In this document: piece after piece, positions 1-13,575 of the stretch
Layout: every line of letters begins with the position of its first letter
How positions within the stretch are numbered: position 1 is the first letter of the stretch
Assembly: GCA_051294375.1 (NCBI GenBank)
Contig: CM119264.1
Location: 30,756,091 to 30,820,090, forward strand
DNA length: 64,000 nt
Source of the DNA: Paraspadella gotoi
Lineage: Eukaryota > Animalia > Chaetognatha
Reading direction: 5' to 3'
Notes under the pieces: model-generated
Database searches by the model: none
The model's input: only the letters and a program-made list of their open reading frames with translations
What the model was told of the DNA's origin: nothing
Program-made: the position numbers and the translations under genes

Positions 1-368
1 TCGTCGTCGTTCGTCGTCGTCATCTCGTCTCTCTTAGGAAAAGTGAAATTAAACGAATAGAAATGTTGTTTTATCAGAAAACAAATTCGTTTCTTTGATG
101 TTTTTATTTTATTTCAAGCTATTAAATAAAATCCAAGATCAACAGACGAAAAAAAATGAAAAAAAAAAAAAACAATATCGAAAAAAAGAAAAAAAAGAAT
201 TGACAAATAAATATAAGACGATATAATAAAACGATAATCTCTGTCGGAAAATAAATTACCATCATTAAGTTGCCATAGTGATCGCAACTCGCAACCAATT
301 CTTTTCTCTCCTTTGAAATATATGCTTTCTTTTCATTATTTTTCCCTCAATCTTTCTTTGTCCGGCTC

Positions 369-441
<73 letters not shown>

Positions 442-1505
442 CCCTTCCCAATACCCGCCCGTCAATCTCTCTCTTCCACTTTTTATTTCTTTTTTTAAAA
501 GTCCTCTTCTTGGCTACTTATTTTCCGCTGCACAGCTTCTCTCTCTCTCTCTCTCTCTCTCTTTTCTCTTCTCTCTCTCTCTTCTCTCTCTCTCTCTCTC
601 TCTCTCCTCTTTCTCTCTCTCTCTCTCCGGTTTACGCCAGAATGTTTGTTGATAAGATCTTCTATAAACCGAAACTCGCTGGTTGTAATCTTTTTTCCGG
701 ATCCGTTTCTCTCAGGATCTTAGTTTTTTTTGCTCCGCAACTCAAAAAGCAAAAAAGCAAAAACTGATACTGTAACGATTGTTTTAGTAAGATTAATTTT
801 TTTTTTTAATTAGAAAAACGCGAAAAAAAAAAGAAAAGGAGAAAACGCAAAAAAAGGAAATAAAAGAGAAGGAAAGAGAGAAGGAGAAAAAGAGAAAAAA
901 GAGAGAGAGAGAGAAAGACAGAAAGACAGAGATTTGAAAAAGAAAGAGAAAACCTAAAAATAGAAGAAAAAAAACACGTAAGATATAAAAAAAGGAAAGT
1001 ACAAACAAAGGAAGTTAAATAAGAACGGTAATTCGAATGTGTTCCGCAGTAACTTTAATTTCACATGTATTTCCCTTCGATCATATTCCTATTTATTCCT
1101 TATAGTTTTTAGGAATTCCTGAAGGCGGCGCTAGCAGTCTTTTAGACTTTCTGTCTTAAACAAATTAGCAACCAACTATAGGCAAATTATATGCATTTTT
1201 ATGTAAGTGGGACGACGAAAATGCATGGAGACGAAACAGACCGACCGAAAAGCGCTTATAAATACTCGCGGCGCACTAAAAAGATGCAGAAAATTAAAAG
1301 GAATCTCCACATCTGTCCGATCACCCTGTTACCCTGTACCCGTGTCCGACATGAAACGACACTCGGTTTTCCGCCATCAAGATTTGTTATGACGCTACGG
1401 CCAAAAAAATGTCCACTTCTTTCTGTTCAGGACGAAATAGAAAATTGACAAAAGAGGAAAGAGGAAAACGTAGAAAAGAAGAGAGAGAGAGAGAAAGAGA
1501 GAGAG

Positions 1506-1539
<34 letters not shown>

Positions 1540-1690
1540 GAGGAGAGAGAGACTTCGCTTTTTGATCTTCCTTTTTATCTCAATCATTTGTTGTCTCTGT
1601 CTCTATCTTTCTCTACGTATTTTTTTTATTTCTCTCTTTCAATTTATTATCTCTATTTTACCGTCTCTATCCTCCACGTCCATTTTCAAG

Positions 1691-1751
<61 letters not shown>

Positions 1752-2785
1752 TTTCTCTCATCTTCTTTTTCTCTAATTTTCTTTCTCTCTCTATCTCTCT
1801 CTCTCTCTTTCTGTGAAAAAATTCACTCGGAAGTCGAATATGATGAATTGGTTGTTCTAAATGAGTCATACAAGTGTGAAATGTTATAAAATACCATTTT
1901 CTGTTATATATCAAATAACATAGATAACTAAGCACATCGTTAATCGTATAGAGAGAGTGTGGAAAGTTAAAAAAGAAACAGGATCTATTGTGTAAATACT
2001 GAAAAATACTGATTATTTTATTATATTTACTTATCTTAAATTGAAGTGCATACGTATAAAAATGGTACAGCCTTCATTAACATTGTATTTTTATTTTGTG
2101 TTAACTTTCCCATTTTGAGCATGATAAATCAAATCAAATCAATCAAATCAATAATCTCTCTCCTTCCTTCCTTCTTTTCCCTCTCTCGCTCTCTTTCTAT
2201 TTCTTTCTCTTTCCCCTCTCTTCTCTCCTCTCTCTCTCTCTCCCCCTCCCCCCTCTCTCTCTCCCTCCCTCTCTCCGCTTTCTCTCCCCACTCTCCCTCC
2301 CTCTCTCATCTANNNNNNNNNNNNNNNNNNNNNNNNNTAGAAAGAGAGCGAGAGAGGGAAAGAGAGTGAAAGAGAGAGAGATTATTGATTTGATTGGATT
2401 TGATTTGATTTATCATGCTCAAAATGGGAAAGTTTAACACAATAAAAATACAATTGTTAATGAGCTGTACATTTATACGTATGCACTTACAATTTAAAGA
2501 TAAGTAAAATATAATAAAATATCAGTATTTTTCAGTATTTACACATAGATCCTGTTTCTTTTTTAACTTTCCACACTCTCTCTATACGATTAACGATGTG
2601 CTTTAGTTTTCTATGTTATTTGAGTATATAACAGAAAATGGTATTTTATTAACATTTCACACTTGTATGACTCAATTTAGAACAACAATTCATCATCTTC
2701 CGACTTCCGAGTTGAATTTTTCACAGAAAGAGAGAGAGAGAGATAGAGAGAGAAAGAAAATTAGAGAAAAAGAAGATGAGAGAAA

Positions 2786-2846
<61 letters not shown>

Positions 2847-2997
2847 CTTGAAAATGGACGTGGAGGATAGAGACGGTAAAATAGAGATAATAAATTGAAA
2901 GAGAGAAATAAAAAAAATACGTAGAGAAAGATAGAGACAGAGACAACAAATGATTGAGATAAAAAGGAAGATCAAAAAGCGAAGTCTCTCTCTCCTC

Positions 2998-3071
<74 letters not shown>

Positions 3072-4558
3072 ACGTTTTCCTCTTTCCTCTTTTGTCAATT
3101 TTCTATTTCGTCCTGAACAGAAAGAAGTGGACATATTTTTTGCGTAGCGTCATAACAAAATCTTGATAGGCGGAAAAACCGAGTGTCGTATTTCATGTCG
3201 CGACACGGGGTACAGGGTATAAAACAAGGGTGATCGGAAGATGTGGGAGATTCTTTTATTTACTGCATCTTTTTAGTTGCGCCGCGAGTATCTATAAGAC
3301 GCTTTTCGGTCGGTTCTGTGTCGTCCATCCGATGTCTAGTCTGCGTCTGTCCCACTTACATAAAAATGCATATAATTTGCCTATAGTTGGTTGCTAATTT
3401 TTTAAGACAGAAAGTCTAAAAGACTGCTAGCGCGCCTTCAGGAATTCTCTAAAAACTATAAGGAATAAATATGGAATATGATCGAAGGGAAATACATTGA
3501 AAATTAAAGTTACGTCGCGGAACACATTCGAATTACCGTTTTTATTTAAACTTCTCTTTGTTTGTACTTTCCTTTTTTTATATCTTACGTGTTTTTTTTC
3601 TTCCTATTTTTAAGGTTTTCTCTTCTTTTTCAATCTCTGTCTTTCTGTCTTTCTCTCTCTCTCTCTGCTTTTCCTCTTTTTCTCGCTTCTCTCTTCTCCC
3701 TCCTCTCTTTTATTTCCTTTTTTTTTTCTGCGTTTTCTCTTTTTCTTTTTTTTTTCGCGTTTTTCTAATTAATAAAAAAATTAATCTTACTAAACAAATC
3801 GTTTACAGATCAGTTTTTGCTTTTTTGCTTTTGAGTTGGCGGAGACAAAAAAAACTAAGATCCTGAGAGAAACGGATCCGGAAAAAAGATTTAGCAACCA
3901 GCGAGTTTCGGTTTATAGAAGATCTTATCAACAAACATTCTGGCGTAAACCGGAGAGAGAGAGAGAGAAAGAGGAGAGAGAGAGAGAGAGAGAGAGAAGA
4001 GAGAGAGAGAAGAGAAAAGAGAGAGAGAGAGAGAGAGAGAGAAGCTGTGCAGCGGAAAATAAGTAGCCAAGAACGAGAGCTTTTAAAAAAGAAATAAAAA
4101 GTGGAAGAAGAGATTGAGGGGGCGGGTATTGGGAAGGGGAAGAGAGAAGAGAGAGAGAGAAGAGAGACGTAGAGAGAGAGAGAGAGAAGAGAGAGGAGAG
4201 AGAGAGAGAGAGAGCGAGCCGGACAAGAAAGATTGAGGGAAAAATAATAAAAGAAAGATATATTTCAAGGAGAGGAAAGAATTGGGTTGCGAGTGCGATC
4301 ACTATGGCAACTTAATGATGGTAATTTATTTTCCGACAGAGATTAGTTACGGTTGTGAGTTATATCGTCTTATATTTATTTGTCAATTCCTTTTTTTCTT
4401 ATTTTTCGATATTGTTTTTTTTTTTTTTTTCCATTTTTGTTTCGTCTGTTTATCTTGGATTTTATTTATAGCTTGAAATAAATAAAAACATCAAGAAACG
4501 AATTTGTTTTCTGATAAAAACAACATTTCTATTCGATTTAATTTCGCTTTTTCTAAGA

Positions 4559-4595
<37 letters not shown>
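1..4595. repeat. Giant inverted repeat 1: arms about 1-2312 and 2338-4595 around a 25-N gap
   Basis: Unique sequence mirrors across the gap, e.g. ttatcagaaaacaaattcgtttc (about 70-93) vs gaaacgaatttgttttctgataa (about 4495-4517). The ORF track shows mirrored ORFs (1409-1816 + and 2721-3134 -). Arms differ mainly by scattered 1-bp indels. Confidence 0.95.
1030..1285. mobile_element. Helentron-associated (HINE/DINE-1-like) short interspersed repeat; diverged copy at about 16255-16555, mirror copy at about 3265-3530
   Basis: Blocks shared with 16255-16555 (tgtatttccc, tttaggaattcct/tttaggatttcct, caaattagcaaccaactataggc/caaatgagcaactaactataggc, gaccgaccgaaaag). A GACA/GACC microsatellite followed by an imperfect stem and a T-run resembles HINE ends. 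The class is inferred. Confidence 0.45.
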
Positions 4596-4596
<1 letters not shown>

Positions 4597-5164
4597 ATCC
4601 GCTCGAGGCCGACGACCGCAAGAGAAAAGTAAGTTCGGCTAAAAGAGACTGAAGTCCTGAGGGTGAGTTAAAGGAAGGAGTCGAGTGAGTAAAAAGTGAG
4701 GATTAAAGAAAAGGTTGAGAGATGCAGCGGCGCTAAGAAGATGAAAGTTGGTCATGATGATAGACGGAGAAAGTTCGGTCTTCATCGTGAGTTGATGTTG
4801 TGAGTCTTCCTCACCGATCTTTCACACAGGTCCTTGTCGTACATTAGTTTGTTTTTATCCAAAGTTTTAATCCTTTAAAAAAGTCAACTGTGATTAATAT
4901 CATAAGTATATGTATATGGTCTTTCTTTTTTTTTTTGTCTATGTTCTTTTTCTTCTTAAGTGAGTCTTCATCTCAGGTCTTTCCCTACTTTGTCATAGGT
5001 TATTGTCCCGGGTCTAAATGGGTTCATATCCTCGAACTTCAGTCGGTCTTCATTTCTTCATCCTTGGTCCTCACCTCAGTTTCTTCGAAGATTTATTTTC
5101 ATCTCGAAACTCCAACTCGATAAAGGGGCCTTTCACCGACGCAGTCTTCTCGTCTTCCCGAGGC

Positions 5165-5442
5165 TGCTCTTTCCTCTCGTCATCGTCCCCTCCTCTTCCC
5201 CTCCTCCTTCTCCTCTCGTCGTCTCCTCCTCCTCATCCCTCCGTCCAATCCACTCTATTGGGCAGAGTCGCGCTCAACCCACAAGACGGGTCACATGACA
5301 CCTCCCTTCCTTTCCCTCTTATTTTGTACATTGTCGCCTTTACTGTACTTTAGACTCCTTTCTCTCATCAGGTAAAAGAGGTAAGTAAACCTGAGAGACT
5401 CGTCAGAACTTACCTTTAACCAGATGCCCATCTTCCCAGTGG
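5165..5442. repeat. Dispersed repeat of about 280 bp; second diverged copy at about 50090-50356
   Basis: Both copies share cctcctcatccctccg, gctcaac.cacaag.cggg.caca, ccctcttattttgtacat, tactttagact and agat.cccatcttcccagt in the same order. Confidence 0.85.
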
Positions 5443-5660
5443 AGTCCAATCAGGCCTTTTTCCCTTTGATTTAACTTTCCCCAGGCCATCGACCTCCCGA
5501 TAATTTTTTCAATCTTTCTTCGCCTCCGAGATTTTTCTTTGATCGCTTCCGGTCGAAAACTTTGAAAAGGATTAATGTGCCGTCGTGATTTGAGGTTCCA
5601 TGGCGACGCATTTTATACATTTCTATTAGTAAAATAATATAAGTATTAATGCATAACTCT

Positions 5661-6716
5661 TCCTTCTCTCCTTTTTTTCAGAATTTCTCCGACTCTTGCC
5701 CTGAGTGTAAATCAATTTCATGTTCCTTTAAAAAAAAAGATAAAAAGGAGAACGAAATAAGAAAAGGGAAAAAAATGAAAAAAATAAGGAAAAAAAAAAG
5801 GAAATAAGGAAAAGGGTAAAAGGAATCGAATCGTCGTCCGTCGTCGTCTTCGTCGTCGTCGGCGGAAGTCGCGTTCATGGCGACGGTTTTTCCCACAGAC
5901 AAATCTGGAGCGAGTGGAAAAAAAGGGGGAGGGGGCGTTTGAAGAGATTTTAGTGGAAAGGGATTGTGGAGAACAGGGAGAAAAGGAATATGTGGGGAAA
6001 AGGGATTTGTGGGTAAGGAGGAAAAAGGATTTGTGGGGAGAAGAGATTTGTGAAGGGAAAAGGGATTTGTGGTAGAGGAGGAATAGTGATTTGGGAGAAG
6101 GGATTTGTGGAAACAAGGAACTTGTGGACGTCAAAAGGGATTTGTGAAGAGAAGGGATTCGTGGAGAGGAAAGGGATTTGTGGGTAGAGGCGGAAAAGGG
6201 ATTTGTGAAGAGAGGGATTCGTGGAGGGGAAAGGGGTTTGTGGGGAGAAGGGATTCGTGGACGAGAATGGATTTGTGGGGAGAGGAGGATATGGGATTGT
6301 GGAAAAAGAGGGAGCGGAGATTTGTGGGTAGAGCGAGAAAAGGCATTTGTGGGAGGACGGAGAAGTGATTTGAGGAAGAGGAAAAGGGATATGGAGGAAA
6401 AGAAGAAAAGAGATTTAGAAATCTCGGAAAATGAGGAAAGAGAATGTGCGGTGTATGAAGTCCCAAAGGAAGCGCGTCGAGTAAGCGTGGGTTGCTGTCG
6501 GTGAGCGCAATACGCCAATAGGGAATTGGTAGGGTTTCTGCTGATGCAAACCAGTTTCTTCTTGACGTTTTTTTTCTCAGATGAGAGAAAAACTGTTTTT
6601 TCTTTGTGTCGTTTTGTTCACTGTTGAATAAAGAAAATTGCAAATGAAATGTATTTTCTTTCTTTATTTAAAAAACCGTACCGGATTAAAGTCATATAAA
6701 TATTCGTTAGATCAAT
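5661..6716 (+). repeat. Direct repeat S of about 1.05 kb (copy 1); copy 2 at about 8671-9732; contains a degenerate aagggatttgtgg minisatellite (about 5955-6355)
   Basis: Both copies start cttctctcctttttttcagaatttctccgactcttgccctgagtgtaaatcaatt and are colinear up to the gap at 6717. Confidence 0.95.
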
Positions 6717-6741
6717 NNNNNNNNNNNNNNNNNNNNNNNNN

Positions 6742-7085
6742 GTTCTGTGTGGTCTGGGTATTGGTTGGTGTGTTAATTTTGGTGTTTTGTATTGTTGTGG
6801 TTGTGTGTGCCCTTTTATGTTTTTTTTTGTTGGGATTGGTTGTGTTTTTTTTTTTGTGGTCTGTGGTGTTTTTTTTGGCTTGTTGTTGTGTGGTTTTGTC
6901 GTTTGGGGGTTGGGGGATTGTTTGGTGGGGTGTTTGGGTATTGTGGTTGTGTTTGATTTGTTTTTGTTTGTTGTGACTTTGTTTCTTTGTAGTTGGTGTT
7001 TTTTTGTGTTTTGTATTGATTTTCTTTTTGTTGTTGTTTGTTGGGTGGGTTTTTGTTGGATCTTTTATTGTGAATTGTGTTTGTT
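6742..7085. other. GT-rich low-complexity stretch, probably low-quality read sequence
   Basis: Almost only G and T, aperiodic, immediately after a 25-N gap. Confidence 0.6.
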
Positions 7086-7089
7086 AAAA

Positions 7090-7642
7090 GAAGATCTATT
7101 TGGTTGATGACCCCAAAACTTCGTTATTAGAAACAAAATTAGAAAATTGAAATTCCGACGTCTAATTTAAGACGAAATAATAATATATGTTGATGTTTGA
7201 ATTGCTGTTGTGAGGATGAGATGAAGTGCTGTTGTGAGCATCGAAGAGTCGGGGATTAAACGTCGATGAATATTTTAGTCGAGTTTATCAAGCTTTGAAA
7301 GAGAGATTATTTTTAGTATATTTAATATTTGGTGAGTAGGGAGAGAGAGAGAAAGAAAGAGAGGAGAGAGAGAGAGAGAGAAGAAACATGATGTGAGATA
7401 GAGTGATTTTATGATATTATTGAGTATTGTATATATATTAACAGCCTTTCTCCTCTCTCTCTTTTCCCTCTCTTTTGGGGGAGAAACCAAAGTTTGGGAA
7501 AAATAGTGTCTGGCATGGATCGGGGAGAGGGGAAAAGGGAGTAAAGAAGATATAATAAAAGAGAAGAGTAAAGAGAGTGAGTGGGAGATGGGAGAGAGGG
7601 ATGAGAGGAGTGTAGGAAAGGGAGAGGGAGAGAGAGGGTGTG

Positions 7643-7678
<36 letters not shown>

Positions 7679-7936
7679 TATCAAAGCTGTCTTCCTTCTT
7701 ATTTATTTTCAGGCGCGTTTTCAAAAACGAAGTCCCAATCTTGTTCATATTTATGATGCCTTATCTCCCTCTCTGATCTCCTTCTTTAGCTTATCTTTTT
7801 GTCTCCTTCCCGTCTTACTTTCTAGGTCTACCTTCCTCGTTTCTTATCCTCCTTCTCCGTATAAAATTGGCCGCGCGCCTAGAAAAGAGCGCCGATTTTA
7901 TCGGCGTCACTTTCTTTCTGGCCGCCGCTCTCCCCC

Positions 7937-7989
<53 letters not shown>

Positions 7990-8619
7990 TCTCCTCGCTC
8001 ATCTCTCTCTCCTCTTCTCTCTCTCAGCGAGAGAAAAAAGTGTCATCGACTTCATTTTTTTCGCTCTCTGTCTCTTTCGACTCTCTCCTCGTCGCTTTAG
8101 CACGAGTGAAGTTGATTAATCACGCCAAAGAAAAAGTATCTAAATTGGGACCGATTGCAATCATTCCTCTCTCTTTGTATTGTTCGTGCCCTGCTGAGAG
8201 AGGGGCTGGTCTCGGGTGGGAAAAGTTGTCGTCATTTCAATGATTAAAAAAAAAAATGATACTAATATGGGGTGAATTTATTTAAACTTGTACACTAATT
8301 CCCACGTACTTTGGAATAATTTATAAAAAATAAATATAGGAATATATTGAAAAAAGAATTTCAAGTCTCTCATCTATATAATATTTAAAGCTCATAACAA
8401 ATGAATTGTTTATGTTGCTCAACTTTTGCATTTTGCATCAATAATAAATCAAAATTCTATTTCCTTTCTCTCGTTTTGTTGGATATATATAATTGTAATA
8501 TATATATATAACTCTCTCTTTCTTTTTTTTCTTTTCTTCCCTCTTTCTTGTTTCCCTCCATTTTCTCTCTCTTCATCTTCTACCAATTGTATTTCTCTCT
8601 CTCTCTCTCTTCTCTCTCT

Positions 8620-8672
<53 letters not shown>

Positions 8673-11105
8673 TCTCTCCTTTTTTTCAGAATTTCTCCGA
8701 CTCTTGCCCTGAGTGTAAATCAATTCCATGTTCCTTTAAAAAAAAAGATAAAAAGGAGAACGAAATAAGAAAGGGAAAAAAATGAAAAAAATAAGGAAAA
8801 AAAATAAGGAAATAAGGAAAAGGGTAAAAGGAATCGAATCGTCGTCGTCGTCGTCGTCTTTCTCGTCGTCGGCGGAAGTCGCGTTCATGGCGACGGTTTC
8901 TCCCACAGACAAATCTGAGCGAGTGGAAAAAAGGGGGAGGGGGCGTTTGAAGAGATTTTAGTGGAAAGGGATTGTGGAGAACAGGAGAAAAGGAAATAGT
9001 GGGAAAAGGGATTTGTGGGTAAGGAGGAAAAAGGATTTGTGGGGAGAAGAGATTTGTGAAGGGAAAAGGGATTTGTGGTAGAGGAGGAATAGTGATTTGG
9101 GAGAAGGGATTTGTGGAAACAAGGAACTTGTGGACGTCAAAGGGATTTGTGAAGAGAAGGGATTCGTGGAGAGGAAAGGGATTTGTGGGTAGAGGCGGAA
9201 AAGGGATTTGTGAAGAGAAGGGATTCGTGGAGGGGAAAGGGGTTTGTGGGGAAAGGGATTCGTGGACGAGAATGGATTTGTGGGGAGAGGAGGATATGGG
9301 ATTGTGGAAAAAGAGGGAGCGGAGATTTGTGGGTAGAGCGAGAAAAGGCATTTGTGGAGGACGGAGAAGTGATTTGAGGAAGAGGAAAAGGGATATGGAG
9401 GAAAAGAAGAAAAGAGATTTAGTAGAATCTCGGAAAATGAGGAAAGAGGAATGTGGCGTGTATGAAGTCCCAAAGGAAGACGCGTCGATGTAACGCATGG
9501 TTGCTGTCGGTGAGCGCAATACCAATAGGGAATTGGTAGGGTTTCTGCTGATGCAAACCAGTTTCTCTTGACGTTTTTTTTCTCCATGAGAGTAAAAAAC
9601 TTTTTTTCTTTGTGTCGTTTTGTTCACTGTTGAATAAGAAAAGTTTGCAAATTGAAATGTATTTTACTTTCTTTATTCTAAAAAACCGTAACCGATTAAA
9701 AGTCATATAAAGTAATTCGTTTACGATTCATTGACTTAAGAAGAAGAGAAAGAGAGAGAGAGAGAGAGACAGAGAGAGAGAGAGAGAAATACAATTGGTA
9801 GAAGATGAAGAGAGAGAAAATGGAGGGAAACAAGAAAGAGGGAAAGAAAAGAAAAAAAAGAAAGAGAGAGTTATATATATATATAAATTATATATATCCA
9901 AACAAAAGAGAGAAGGAAAATAGAATTTGATTTATTATGATCAAAATGCAAAAGTTGAGCACATAAACAATTCATTTGTTAATGAGCTTTAAATATATAT
10001 ATAGAGAGAGACTTGAAATTCTTTTTCAATATAATTCCTAATATTATTTTTTATAAATATNNNNNNNNNNNNNNNNNNNNNNNNNNNNNNNNNNNNNNNN
10101 NNNNNNNNNNNNNNNNNNNNNNNNNNNNNNNNNNNNNNNNNNNNNNNNNNNNNNNNNNNNNNNNNNNNNNNNNNNNNNNNNNNNNNNNNNNNNNNNNNNN
10201 NNNNNNNNNNNNNNNNNNNNNNNNNNNNNNNNNNNNNNNNNNNNNNNNNNNNNNNNNNNNNNNNNNNNNNNNNNNNNNNNNNNNNNNNNNNNNNNNNNNN
10301 NNNNNNNNNNNNNNNNNNNNNNNNNNNNNNNNNNNNNNNNNNNNNNNNNNNNNNNNNNNNNNNNNNNNNNNNNNNNNNNNNNNNNNNNNNNNNNNNNNNN
10401 NNNNNNNNNNNNNNNNNNNAGATAAGCCATCATAAATATGACACAAGATTGACTTCGTTTTTGAAAAACGCGCCTGAAAATAAATAAGAAGGAAGACAGC
10501 TTTNNNNNNNNNNNNNNNNNNNNNNNNNNNNNNNNNNNNNNNNNNNNNNNNNNNNNNNNNNNNNNNNNNNNNNNNNNNNNNNNNNNNNNNNNNNNNNNNN
10601 NNNNNNNNNNNNNNNNNNNNNNNNNNNNNNNNNNNNNNNNNNNNNNNNNNNNNNNNNNNNNNNNNNNNNNNNNNNNNNNNNNNNNNNNNNNNNNNNNNNN
10701 NNNNNNNNNNNNNNNNNNNNNNNNNNNNNNNNNNNNNNNNNNNNNNNNNNNNNNNNNNNNNNNNNNNNNNNNNNNNNNNNNNNNNNNNNNNNNNNNNNNN
10801 NNNNNNNNNNNNNNNNNNNNNNNNNNNNNNNNNNNNNNNNNNNNNNNNNNNNNNNNNNNNNNNNNNNNNNNNNNCTTTCTCTCTCTCTCTCTCTCTTTCA
10901 AACTTGATAAACTCCGACTAAAATATTCATCGACGGTTAATCCCGACTCTTCGATGCTCACAACAGCATCTTCATCCATCCTCACAACAGCAATTCAACA
11001 TCAACATATATTATTATTTCGTCTTAATTTAGACGTCGGAATTTCAATTTTTAATTTTGTTTCTAAACGAAGTTTTGGGGTCATCAACCAAATAGATTTC
11101 TTTTC
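7090..11105. repeat. Inverted repeat 2: arms about 7090-8670 and 9740-11105 (right arm gapped); spacer is S copy 2
   Basis: tctatttggttgatgaccccaaaacttcg (about 7095) is the reverse complement of cgaagttttggggtcatcaaccaaataga (about 11068-11096). 8320-8600 mirrors 9780-10060, and 7683-7765 mirrors 10420-10503. Confidence 0.93.
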
Positions 11106-12411
11106 ATTAATAACCAAAACGATATTAACTTCATAATTTTTTTATTAATACCAAAATTAATTAAATAATTAAAAACAAACAAACAAAATCAAAANNNNNN
11201 NNNNNNNNNNNNNNNNNNNNNNNNNNNNNNNNNNNNNNNNNNNNNNNNNNNNNNNNNNNNNNNNNNNNNNNNNNNNNNNNNNNNNNNNNNNNNNNNNNNN
11301 NNNNNNNNNNNNNNNNNNNNNNNNNNNNNNNNNNNNNNNNNNNNNNNNNNNNNNNNNNNNNNNNNNNNNNNNNNNNNNNNNNNNNNNNNNNNNNNNNNNN
11401 NNNTAAATGGACAGACAATGTTTAAGGAGAGACTTTCCATGGATGTATTTCATATATTTCATCATAAATACATAATAATTGTATTGTTAGTCTTTTTAAA
11501 AATTAAGAAATAATATGCAAATGAGTTTTCAATTGAGGCTTATGAGAAAAACAAATGATCAGCCAATTCTCACTGTCCCCATTGTCCTTGCTCTCAGTGT
11601 CATTGTTCTTCTTGTCTTCGTCGTCATTGTCTTCGCCGTCGTCGTCGTCGTCGTCGTTGTTATTGAGCTTTCCTGAATTCATCATAAATTTTATGGCGCC
11701 CTCCGTTTAGAGGAATAAAAGATTCATGAGGAGAAGGAGGAGGAAGAGGAAGAGGAAGAGAAGGAGGAGGAGAAGGTGGAGGATAGAGGTCTCTGGCGGC
11801 GAAAGTCGAGACTGACGCAAAAAAGACAAGANNNNNNNNNNNNNNNNNNNNNNNNNNNNNNNNNNNNNNNNNNNNNNNNNNNNNNNNNNNNNNNNNNNNN
11901 NNNNNNNNNNNNNNNNNNNNNNNNNNNNNNNNNNNNNNNNNNNNNNNNNNNNNNNNNNNNNNNNNNNNNNNNNNNNNNNNNNNNNNNNNNNNNNNNNNNN
12001 NNNNNNNNNNNNNNNNNNNNNNNNNNNGAGAGAAAAGATAAAATCGGAAATGAGGTAGGAAATTGTGAAAATAATTGTGAAAGAAAGATAACATAAAGTA
12101 GTATATAACATAGAAACATATAGGATATATGTTAGTATATAATAAAAAAATATATATTATAAACTAGGACAGATAATAATCTAACCTTGTGTTGTATAGA
12201 TGCTCCCTCTATTTCCAAAAGACAACACTGACTTCCCCTTCTGAAATTGAATTATTAGATAAATAAAACATTTTTAAAAAAGAAAGCAATATATATTTGA
12301 TTAAATAATATAGATTAAATATTAAATCCTTCATAAAATATAAAAATATAAAATAGTGAAACAAGTAATTTGCAAATTTTTATATAATATAGTAACATAA
12401 AAGAGTATATA

Positions 12412-12578
12412 AATGAGACTGTGAGAGGGTCTTGATTGAAAGCCTGCAGGGATCTGCATCTTGTAAGAGTGATGGAGGCCTTAAACCACCATAGCCTGTT
12501 CAGTGTTCACAGTCAGGAGCGAGATAGCTTATTTATAGAATGAATGGATAATTTTTATATTGGTTGTACCGATTTCAT
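12412..12578 (+). mobile_element. MITE-like dispersed repeat family; copies at about 12412-12578, 12745-12833, 17860-17931, 53702-53873, 59661-59758 (-) and 63158-63312 (-)
   Basis: Shared core agagtgatggaggccttaaaccacc (or its reverse complement) and/or shared end gcaagatagct...atattggttgtacc.atttc. Some copies are partial. Confidence 0.8.
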
Positions 12579-13528
12579 AAATTTAAAATTAAAATAAATT
12601 TAAAAAGAAATAACAACCCAAAATGCGGTTGAAAGGGTTTGAAGACATAAGATGCTGATGATATGATATGATATGATATGATATGATATGATATGNNNNN
12701 NNNNNNNNNNNNNNNATTTGTTATATTTTGTTATTTTTCAACGCTCTACCGTCCAGTGTCCAAAGTCAAGGGGACAAGATATGGACGAATGAATAATTAT
12801 AATATTGGTTAATAACGTTATACAAATTTCATGAGCTAAGTATGGGTTTAGGGCGGGAAAAACGTTAAACTCAAGATGCGATCCTAAAATTAAAACGTAT
12901 GAAAATTAACATTGAATTATTTAATGAAAAAAAATGGACGGGGAAGCGAAAGAGAAATATTTAGGAAAAGAGAGGGTCATGTAGTAGAGGGCAAGGAACG
13001 GACAAGGAGAGGGCAAGGAACGGACAAGGTAAGGCCAAGGAACAGACAAGGAGAAGGGNNNNNNNNNNNNNNNNNNNNNNNNNNNNNNNNNNNNNNNNNN
13101 NNNNNNNNNNNNNNNNNNNNNNNNNNNNNNNNNNNNNNNNNNNNNNNNNNNNNNNNNNNNNNNNNNNNNNNNNNNNNNNNNNNNNNNNNNNNNNNNNNNN
13201 NNNNNNNNNNNNNNNNNNNNNNNNNTGGAACGGACATGGAGTGGGGGCATGGAACGGGCGGCCGAGGGAAGGAAAATTGGAAGATTTACGTTGTTATAAA
13301 TTCATTGTGGACTCTTCGCAAACCAATCTCCTGCCTACGATTTTTCACTCTCTCTCTCTCTCTCTCTCTCTGGCGCGCTCTCTCTCTCTATCGCTCTCTC
13401 TCTTTGCTTCTCCTACTTGAAAGAAAAGAGAGAAAAAAAAGAAAGAAAGAAAGAAAGAAGTAAAGAAAGAAAGAAAGACAGGGAAGGTCGCTGAGACTCT
13501 TCTACTTTAGCTTTAAAACTCCCCGCGG

Positions 13529-13575
<47 letters not shown>

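Noticed and set aside
265-4476. ERERER / SLSLSL / FFFL ORFs here and throughout the window
   Set aside because: Translations of (GA)n, (CT)n and T-rich microsatellites with no coding complexity.
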